NCBI GenBank assembly: GCA_965240325.2
Contig: OZ251229.1
Span: 1,736,001-1,800,000 of the forward strand
DNA: 64,000 bases
Direction: 5' to 3'
Origin: Rebecca billardiae RCC1528
Taxonomy: Eukaryota > Protista > Haptophyta
Shown here piece by piece: positions 1 through 10,000 of this stretch. A program made the position numbers and the translations under genes. Each line of letters opens with the position of its first letter. Positions within the stretch are counted from its first letter, which is position 1. Below the pieces are notes generated by a model, which saw nothing but the letters and a program-made list of their open reading frames with translations, ran no database searches and had not been told where the DNA came from.

Positions 1-3000
1 AGAGCTCTGTGGTGGGCTGGGTGGCGGAGGCGGCGGAGAGCTCGGTGGTGGGCTGGGTGGCGGAGGCGGCGGCGAGCTCGGTGGTGGGCTGGGTGGCGGA
101 GGCGGCGGCGAGCTCGGTGGTGGGCTGGGTGGCGGAGGTGGCGGCGAGCTCGGTGGTGGGCTGGGTGGCGGAGGCGGCGGCGAGCTCGGTGGTGGGCAGG
201 GTGGCGGAGGCGGCGGCGAGCTCGGTGGTGGGCTGGGTGGCGGAGGCGGCGGAGAGCTCGGTGGTGGGCTGGGTGGCGGAGGCGGCGGCGAGCTCGGTGG
301 TGGGCTGGGTGGCGGAGGCGGCGGAGAGCTCGGTGGTGGGCTGGGTGGCGGAGGCGGCGGCGAGATCGGTGGTGGGCTGGGTGGCGGAGGCGGCGGCGAG
401 CTCGGTGGTGGGCTGGGTGGCGGAGGCGGCGGCGAGCTCGGTGGTGGGCTGGGTGGCGGAGGCGGCGGCGAGCTCGGTGGTGGGCTGGGTGGCAGAGGCG
501 GCGGCGAGCTCGGTGGTGGGCTGGGTGGCGGAGGCGGAGGCGAGCTCGGTGGTGGGCTGGGTGGCGGAGGCGGTGGCGAGCTCGGTGGTGGGCTGGGTGG
601 CGGAGGCGGCGGAGAGCTCGGTGGTGGGCTCGGCGGAGGGGGCGGTGGTGAGTGTGGTGGGGGCGAAGGCGGCGGAGGCGGCGGAGAGCTCGGTGGTGGG
701 CTGGGTGGCGGAGGCGGAGGCGAGCTCGGTGGTGGGCTGGGTGGCGGAGGTGGCGGCGAGCTCGGTGGTGGGCTGGGTGGCGGAGGCGGCGGCGAGCTCG
801 GTGGTGGGCTGGGTGGCGGAGGCGGCGGCGAGCTCGGTGGTGGGCTGGGTGGCGGAGGCGGCGGAGAGCTCGGTGGTGGGCTGGGTGGCGGAGGCGGCGG
901 AGAGCTCGGTGGTGGGCTCGGCGGAGGGGGCGGTGGTGAGCGCGGTGGGGGCGAAGGCGGCGGAGGCGGCGGCGAACTCGGCGGTCGGCTGGGCAAAGGC
1001 GGAGGCGACGGCGAAGCGTTGGGCGGCGGCGATGGTGAAGGTGGCGGCGGTGGTGGCGACGGTGGGGGTGCCGGCTCGGGTGGCGATGGCGACGGTGGAG
1101 GCGGCGGCGACGGGCTGGGCGGCGGTGGCGGAGGCGATGGCGGAGGCGACGGCGAAGCGTTGGGCGGCGGCGATGGTGAAGGTGGCGGCGGTGGTGGCGA
1201 CGGTGGCGGCGCAGGCTCGGGTGGCGACGGCGATGGCGGTGGAGGCGGCGACGGGCTCGGCGGCGGCGGCGGAGGCGATGGCGGAGGCGACGGCGAAGCG
1301 TTGGGCGGCGGCGATGGTGAAGGTGGCGGCGGTGGTGGCGACGGTGGCGGCGCCGGCTCGGGTGGCGACGGCGATGGCGGTGGAGGCGGCGATGGGCTCG
1401 GCGGCGGTGGCGGAGGCGACGGTGGCGGCGCAGGCTCGGGTGGCGACGGCGATGGCGGTGGAGGCGGCGACGGGCTGGGCGGCGGCGGCGGAGGCGATGG
1501 CGGAGGCGACGGCGAAGCGTTGGGCGGCGGCGATGGTGAAGGCGGCGGCGGTGGTGGCGACGGTGGCGGCGAAGGCTCGGGTGGCGACGGCGATGGCGGT
1601 GGAGGCGGCGACGGGCTCGGCGGCGGCGGCGGAGGCGATGGCGGAGGCGACGGCGAAGCGTTGGGCGGCGGCGATGGTGAAGGCGGCGGCGGTGGTGGCG
1701 ACGGTGGGGGCGCCGGCTCGGATGGCGATGGCGACGGTGGAGGCGGCGGCGATGGGCTGGGCGGCGGTGGCGGTGGCGAAGGCGGAGGCGACGGCGAAGC
1801 GTTGGGCGGCGGCGATGGTGAAGGCGGCGGCGGTGGTGGCGACGGTGGCGGCGCCGGCTCGGGTGGCGACGGCGATGGCGGTGGAGGCGGCGATGGGCTC
1901 GGCGGCGGTGGCGGAGGCGACGGTGGCGGCGCAGGCTCGGGTGGTGACGGCGATGGCGGTGGAGGCGGCGACGGGCTCGGCGGCGGCGGCGGAGGCGATG
2001 GCGGAGGCGACGGCGAAGCGTTGGGCGGCGGCGATGGTGAAGGTGGCGGCGGTGGTGGCGACGGTGGCGGCGCAGGCTCGGGTGGCGACGGCGATGGCGG
2101 TGGAGGCGGCGACGGGCTCGGCGGCGGCGGCGGAGGCGATGGCGGAGGCGACGGCGAAGCGTTGGGCGGCGGCGATGGTGAAGGCGGCGGCGGTGGCGGC
2201 GACGGTGGCGGCGCAGGCTCGGGTGGCGACGGCGATGGCGGTGGAGGCGGCGATGGGCTCGGCGGCGGTGGCGGAGGCGACGGTGGCGGCGCAGGCTCGG
2301 GTGGCGACGGCGATGGCGGTGGAGGCGGCGACGGGCTCGGCGGCGGCGGCGGAGGCGATGGCGGAGGCGACGGCGAAGCGTTGGGCGGCGGCGATGGTGA
2401 AGGTGGCGGCGGTGGTGGCGACGGTGGCGGCGCAGGCTCGGGTGGCGACGGCGATGGCGGTGGAGGCGGCGACGGGCTGGGCGGCGGCGGCGGAGGCGAT
2501 GGCGGAGGCGACGGCGAAGCGTTGGGCGGCGGCGATGGTGAAGGCGGCGGCGGTGGTGGCGACGGTGGCGGCGCAGGCTCGGGTGGCGACGGCGATGGCG
2601 GTGGAGGCGGCGACGGGCTCGGCGGCGGTGGCGGAGGCGAAGGCGGCGGCGACGGCGAAGCGTTGGGCGGCGGCGATGGTGAAGGCGGCGGCGGTGGTGG
2701 CGACGGTGGCGGCGCAGGCTCGGGTGGCGACGGCGATGGCGGTGGAGGCGGCGATGGGCTCGGCGGCGGTGGCGGAGGCGAGGGTGGCGGCGCAGGCTCG
2801 GGTGGCGACGGCGATGGCGGTGGAGGCGGCGACGGGCTCGGCGGCGGTGGCGGAGGCGAAGGCGGAGGCAACGGCGAAGCGTTGGGCGGCGGCGATGGTG
2901 AAGGCGGCGGCGGTGGCGGCGACGGTGGCGGCGCAGGCTCGGGTGGCGACGGCGATGGCGGTGGAGGCGGCGACGGGCTCGGTGGCGGTGGCGGAGGCGA

Positions 3001-6000
3001 AGGCGGCGGCGACGGCGAAGCGTTGGGCGGCGGCGATGGTGAAGGCGGCGGCGGTGGTGGCGACGGTGGCGGCGAAGGCTCGGGTGGCGACGGCGATGGC
3101 GGTGGAGGCGGCGACGGGCTCGGCGGCGGCGGCGGAGGCGATGGCGGAGGCGACGGCGAAGCGTTGGGCGGCGGCGATGGTGAAGGCGGCGGCGGTGGTG
3201 GCGACGGTGGGGGCGCCGGCTCGGGTGGCGATGGCGACGGTGGAGGCGGCGGCGATGGGCTGGGCGGCGGTGGCGGTGGCGAAGGCGGAGGCGACGGCGA
3301 AGCGTTGGGTGGCGGCGATGGTGAAGGCGGCGGCGGTGGTGGCGACGGTGGCGGCGCCGGCTCGGGTGGCGACGGCGATGGCGGTGGAGGCGGCGATGGG
3401 CTCGGCGGCGGTGGCGGAGGCGACGGTGGCGGCGCAGGCTCGGGTGGCGACGGCGATGGCGGTGGAGGCGGCGACGGGCTCGGCGGCGGCGGCGGAGGCG
3501 ATGGCGGAGGCGACGGCGAAGCGTTGGGCGGCGGCGATGGTGAAGGCGGCGGCGGTGGCGGCGACGGTGGCGGCGCAGGCTCGGGTGGCGACGGCGATGG
3601 CGGTGGAGGCGGCGATGGGCTCGGCGGCGGTGGCGGAGGCGACGGTGGCGGCGCAGGCTCGGGTGGCGACGGCGATGGCGGTGGAGGCGGCGACGGGCTC
3701 GGCGGCGGTGGCGGAGGCGAAGGCGGCGGCGACGGCGAAGCGTTGGGCGGCGGCGATGGTGAAGGTGGCGGCGGTGGTGGCGACGGTGGCGGCGCAGGCT
3801 CGGGTGGCGACGGCGATGGCGGTGGAGGCGGCGACGGGCTCGGCGGCGGCGGCGGAGGCGATGGCGGAGGCGACGGCGAAGCGTTGGGCGGCGGCGATGG
3901 TGAAGGTGGCGGCGGTGGTGGCGACGGTGGCGGCGCAGGCTCGGGTGGCGACGGCGATGGCGGTGGAGGCGGCGATGGGCTCGGCGGCGGTGGCGGAGGC
4001 GACGGTGGCGGCGCAGGCTCGGGTGGCGACGGCGATGGCGGTGGAGGCGGCGACGGGCTGGGCGGCGGCGGCGGAGGCGATGGCGGAGGCGACGGCGAAG
4101 CGTTGGGCGGCGGCGAGGGTGAAGGCGGCGGCGGTGGCGGCGACGGTGGCGGCGCCGGCTCGGGTGGCGACGGCGATGGCGGTGGAGGCGGCGATGGGCT
4201 CGGCGGCGGTGGCGGAGGCGACGGTGGCGGCGCAGGCTCGGGTGGCGACGGCGATGGCGGTGGAGGCGGCGACGGGCTGGGCGGCGGCGGCGGAGGCGAT
4301 GGCGGAGGCGACGGCGAAGCGTTGGGCGGCGGCGATGGTGAAGGCGGCGGCGGTGGCGGCGACGGTGGCGGCGCAGGCTCGGGTGGCGACGGCGATGGCG
4401 GTGGAGGCGGCGACGGGCTCGGCGGCGGCGGCGGAGGCGATGGCGGAGGCGACGGCGAAGCGTTGGGCGGCGGCGATGGTGAAGGTGGCGGCGGTGGTGG
4501 CGACGGTGGCGGCGCAGGCTCGGGTGGCGACGGCGATGGCGGTGGAGGCGGCGATGGGCTCGGCGGCGGTGGCGGAGGCGACGGTGGCGGCGCAGGCTCG
4601 GGTGGCGACGGCGATGGCGGTGGAGGCGGCGACGGGCTGGGCGGCGGCGGCGGAGGCGATGGCGGAGGCGACGGCGAAGCGTTGGGCGGCGGCGATGGTG
4701 AAGGCGGCGGCGGTGGCGGCGACGGTGGCGGCGCAGGCTCGGGTGGCGACGGCGATGGCGGTGGAGGCGGCGATGGGCTCGGCGGCGGTGGCGGAGGCGA
4801 CGGTGGCGGCGCAGGCTCGGGTGGCGACGGCGATGGCGGTGGAGGCGGCGACGGGCTGGGCGGCGGCGGCGGAGGCGATGGCGGAGGCGACGGCGAAGCG
4901 TTGGGCGGCGGCGATGGTGAAGGCGGCGGCGGTGGCGGCGACGGTGGCGGCGCAGGCTCGGGTGGCGACGGCGATGGCGGTGGAGGCGGCGATGGGCTCG
5001 GCGGCGGTGGCGGAGGCGACGGTGGCGGCGCAGGCTCGGGTGGCGACGGCGATGGCGGTGGAGGCGGCGACGGGCTAGGCGGCGGCGGCGGAGGCGATGG
5101 CGGAGGCGACGGCGAAACGTTGGGCGGCGGCGATGGTGAAGGCGGCGGCGGTGGCGGCGACGGTGGCGGCGCAGGCTCGGGTGGCGACGGCGATGGCGGT
5201 GGAGGCGGCGATGGGCTCGGCGGCGGTGGCGGAGGCGACGGTGGCGGCGCAGGCTCGGGTGGCGACGGCGATGGCGGTGGAGGCGGCGACGGGCTGGGCG
5301 GCGGCGGCGGAGGCGATGGCGGAGGCGACGGCGAAGCGTTGGGCGGCGGCGATGGTGAAGGCGGCGGCGGTGGCGGCGACGGTGGCGGCGCCGGCTCGGG
5401 TGGCGACGGCGATGGCGGTGGAGGCGGCGATGGGCTCGGCGGCGGTGGCGGAGGCGAGGGTGGCGGCGCAGGCTCGGGTGGCGACGGCGATGGCGATGGA
5501 GGCGGCGACGGGCTGGGCGGCGGCGGCGGAGGCGATGGCGGAGGCGACGGCGAAGCGTTGGGCGGCGGCGATGGTGAAGGCGGCGGCGGTGGCGGCGACG
5601 GTGGCGGCGCAGGCTCGGGTGGCGACGGCGATGGCGGTGGAGGCGGCGATGGGCTCGGCGGCGGTGGCGGAGGCGAGGGTGGCGGCGCAGGCTCGGGTGG
5701 CGACGGCGATGGCGGTGGAGGCGGCGACGGGCTCGGCGGCGGCGGCGGAGGCGATGGCGGAGGCGACGGCGAAGCGTTGGGCGGCGGCGATGGTGAAGGC
5801 GGCGGCGGTGGCGGCGACGGTGGCGGCGCAGGCTCGGGTGGCGACGGCGATGGCGGTGGAGGCGGCGACGGGCTCGGTGGCGGTGGCGGAGGCGAAGGCG
5901 GCGGCGACCGCGAAGCGTTGGGCGGCGGCGATGGTGAAGGTGGCGGCGGTGGTGGCGACGGTGGCGGCGCAGGCTCGGGTGGCGACGGCGATGGCGGTGG

Positions 6001-9000
6001 AGGCGGCGACGGGCTCGGCGGCGGCGGCGGAGGCGATGGCGGAGGCGACGGCGAAGCGTTGGGCGGCGGCGATGGTGAAGGTGGCGGCGGTGGTGGCGAC
6101 GGTGGCGGCGCAGGCTCGGGTGGCGACGGCGATGGCGGTGGAGGCGGCGATGGGCTCGGCGGCGGTGGCGGAGGCGACGGTGGCGGCGCAGGCTCGGGTG
6201 GCGACGGCGATGGCGGTGGAGGCGGCGACGGGCTGGGCGGCGGCGGCGGTGGCGAAGGCGGAGGCGACGGCGAAGCGTTGGGCGGCGGCGATGGTGAAGG
6301 TGGCGGCGGTGGTGGCGAGGGTGGCGGCGCAGGCTCAGGTGGCGACGGCGACGGCGGAGGCGGCGGCGACGGGCTAGGTGGCGGTGGCGGAGGCGACGGC
6401 GGCGGCGACGGCGAAGTGCTCGGTGGTGGCGATGGCGAAGGCGGCGGTGGCGGTGGCGACGGTGGCGGCGACGGGCCGGGCGGCGGTGGGCTGCTGGGCG
6501 GCGGCGGCTGCGCTGGCAGTGGCGACGGTGACGGCGGAGGCGGCGGCGACGGGCTAGGTGGCGGCGGCGGAGGCGACGGCGGCGGCGACGGCGAAGTGCT
6601 CGGCGGCGGCGATGGCGAAGGCGGCGGTGGCGGTGGCGACGGTGGCGGCGACGGGCCGGGCGGCGGTGGGCTGCTGGGCGGCGGCGGCTGCGCCGGCAGT
6701 GGCGACGGCGACGGCGGAGGCGGCGGCGACGGGCTCGGCGGCGGAGGCGGAGGCGAGGGCGGCGGAGACGGCGAAGTGCTCGGTGGTGGCGATGGCGAAG
6801 GCGGCGGTGGCGGTGGCGACGGTGGCGGCGACGGGCCGGGCGGCGGTGGGCTGCTGGGCGGCGGCGGCTGCGCCGGCAGTGGCGACGGCGACGGCGGAGG
6901 CGGCGGCGACGGGCTCGGCGGCGGAGGCGGAGGCGACGGCGGCGGCGACGGCGAAGTGCTCGGTGGCGGCGATGGCGAAGGCGGCGGTGGCGGTGGCGAC
7001 GGTGGCGGCGACGGGCCGGGCGGCGGTGGGCTGCTGGGCGGCGGCGGCTGCGCCGGCAGTGGCGACGGCGACGGCGGAGGCGGCGGCGACGGGCTAGGTG
7101 GCGGTGGCGGAGGCGACGGCGGCGGCGACGGCGAAGTGCTCGGTGGCGGCGATGGCGAAGGCGGCGGTGGCGGTGGCGACGGTGGCGGCGACGGGCCGGG
7201 CGGCGGTGGGCTGCTCGGCGGTGGCGGCGCCGCCGGCAGTGGCGACGGCGACGGCGGAGGCGGCGGCGACGGGCTCGGCGGAGGAGGCGGAGGCGACGGC
7301 GGCGGAGACGGCGAAGTGCTCGGTGGTGGCGATGGCGAAGGTGGCGGTGGCGGTGGCGACGGTGGCGGCGCCGGGCCGGGCGGCGGTGGGCTGCTGGGCG
7401 GCGGCGGCTGCGCCGGCAGTGGCGACGGCGACGGCGGAGGCGGCGGCGACGGGCTAGGTGGCGGTGGCGGAGGCGACGGCGGCGGCGACGGCGAAGTGCT
7501 CGGTGGTGGCGATGGCGAAGGCGGCGGTGGCGGTGGCGACGGTGGCGGCGCCGGGCCGGGCGGCGGTGGGCTGCTGGGCGGCGGCGGCTGCGCCGGCAGT
7601 GGCGACGGCGACGGCGGAGGCGGCGGCGACGGGCTAGGTGGCGGTGGCGGAGGCGACGGCGGCGGCGACGGCGAAGTGCTCGGTGGTGGCGATGGCGAAG
7701 GCGGCGGTGGCGGTGGCGACGATGGCGGCGACGGGCCGGGCGGCGGTGGGCTGCTCGGCGGTGGCGGCGCCGCCGGCAGTGGCGACGGCGACGGCGGAGG
7801 CGGCGGCGACGGGCTCGGCGGCGGAGGCGGAGGCGACGGCGGCGGAGACGGCGAAGTGCTCGGTGGTGGCGATGGCGAAGGTGGCGGTGGCGGTGGCGAC
7901 GGTGGCGGCGCCGGGCCGGGCGGCGGTGGGCTGCTGGGCGGCGGCGGCTGCGCCGGCAGTGGCGACGGCGACGGCGGAGGCGGCGGCAACGGGCTAGGTG
8001 GCGGTGGCGGAGGCGACGGCGGCGGCGACGGCGAAGTGCTCGGTGGTGGCGATGGCGAAGGCGGCGGTGGCGGTGGCGACGGTGGCGGCGACGGGCCGGG
8101 CGGCGGTGGGCTGCTCGGCGGCGGCGATGGCGGCGGCGGTGGCGGCGAGCTCGGTGGCGGGCTTGGAGGCGGCGGCGGCGGTGGACTTGGTGGCGGTGAC
8201 GGTGGTGGTGGCGGCGGTGTACTCGGTGGCGGGGAGGGCGACGGTGGAGGCGGCGGCGACGGTCTCGGCGGCGGAGGCGGAGGCGACGGCGGCGGCGACG
8301 GCGAAGTGCTCGGCGGCGGCGACGGGCTGGGCGGCGGTGGCGGTGGCGACGGTGGCGGCGACGGGCCGGGCGGCGGTGGGCTGCTGGGCGGCGGCGGCTG
8401 CGCTGGCAGTGGCGACGGTGACGGCGGAGGCGGCGGCGACGGGCTAGGTGGCGGTGGCGGAGGCGACGGCGGCGGCGACGGGCCGGGCGGCGGTGGGCTG
8501 CTCGGCGGCGGCGATGGCGGCGGCGGTGGCGGCGAGCTCGGTGGCGGGCTTGGAGGCGGCGGCGGCGGTGGACTTGGTGGCGGTGACGGTGGTGGTGGCG
8601 GCGGTGTACTCGGTGGCGGGGAGGGCGACGGTGGAGGCGGCGGCGACGGTCTCGGCGGCGGAGGCGGAGGCGACGGCGGCGGCGACGGCGAAGTGCTCGG
8701 CGGCGGCGACGGGCTGGGCGGCGGTGGCGGTGGCGACGGTGGCGGCGACGGGCCGGGCGGCGGTGGGCTGCTGGGCGGCGGCGGCTGCGCTGGCAGTGGC
8801 GACGGTGACGGCGGAGGCGGCGGCGACGGGCTAGGTGGCGGTGGCGGAGGCGACGGCGGCGGCGACGGGCCGGGCGGCGGTGGGCTGCTCGGCGGCGGCG
8901 ATGGCGGCGGCGGTGGCGGCGAGCTCGGTGGCGGGCTTGGAGGCGGCGGCGGCGGTGGACTTGGTGGCGGTGACGGTGGTGGTGGCGGCGGTGTACTCGG

Positions 9001-10000
9001 TGGCGGGGAGGGCGACGGTGGAGGCGGCGGCGACGGTCTCGGCGGCGGAGGCGGAGGCGACGGCGGCGGCGACGGCGAAGTGCTCGGCGGCGGCGACGGG
9101 CTGGGCGGCGGTGGCGGTGGCGACGGTGGCGGCGCCGGGCCGGGCGGCGGTGGGCTGCTGGGCGGCGGCGGCTGCGCCGGCAGTGGCGACGGCGACGGCG
9201 GAGGCGGCGGCGACGGGCTAGGTGGCGGTGGCGGAGGCGACGGCGGCGGCGACGGCGAAGTGCTCGGTGGTGGCGATGGCGAAGGCGGCGGTGGCGGTGG
9301 CGACGGTGGCGGCGACGGGCCGGGCGGCGGTGGGCTGCTCGGCGGCGGCGATGGCGGCGGCGGTGGCGGCGAGCTCGGTGGCGGGCTTGGAGGCGGCGGC
9401 GGCGGTGGACTTGGTGGCGGTGACGGTGGTGGTGGCGGCGGTGTACTCGGTGGCGGGGAGGGCGACGGTGGAGGCGGCGGCGACGGTCTCGGCGGCGGAG
9501 GCGGAGGCGACGGCGGCGGCGACGGCGAAGTGCTCGGCGGCGGCGACGGGCTGGGCGGCGGTGGCGGTGGCGACGGTGGCGGCGACGGGCCGGGCGGCGG
9601 TGGGCTGCTGGGCGGCGGCGGCTGCGCTGGCAGTGGCGACGGTGACGGCGGAGGCGGCGGCGACGGGCTAGGTGGCGGTGGCGGAGGCGACGGCGGCGGC
9701 GACGGCGAAGTGCTCGGTGGTGGCGATGGCGAAGGCGGCGGTGGCGGTGGTGACGGTGGCGGCGACGGGCCGGGCGGCGGTGGGCTGCTGGGCGGCGGGA
9801 ATGGCGGTGGCGGTGGCGGCGAGCTCGGCGGCAGGCCTGGCGGAGACGGCGGCGGCGAGCTCGGTGGCGGGCTTGGCGGCGGCGGCGGCGGCGAACTTGG
9901 TGGTGGTGACGGCGGTGGCGGCGGCGAAGAGCTCGGCGGCGGCGATGGCGGTGGCGGTGGCGGCGAGCTCGGTGGCGGCGACGGGCTGGGCGGCGGCGGT
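1..10000. repeat. Hierarchical coding tandem-repeat array: 36-bp, 141/78-bp, 180-bp and 387/450-bp units in successive blocks
   Basis: 36-bp unit at 1-~960; 141-bp unit (gcgaagcgtt at 1011 and 1152) with an optional 78-bp subunit to ~6350; 180-bp period at 6361/6541/6721; 387- and 450-bp higher-order units at ~8000-9700. All unit lengths are multiples of 3. Confidence 0.95.
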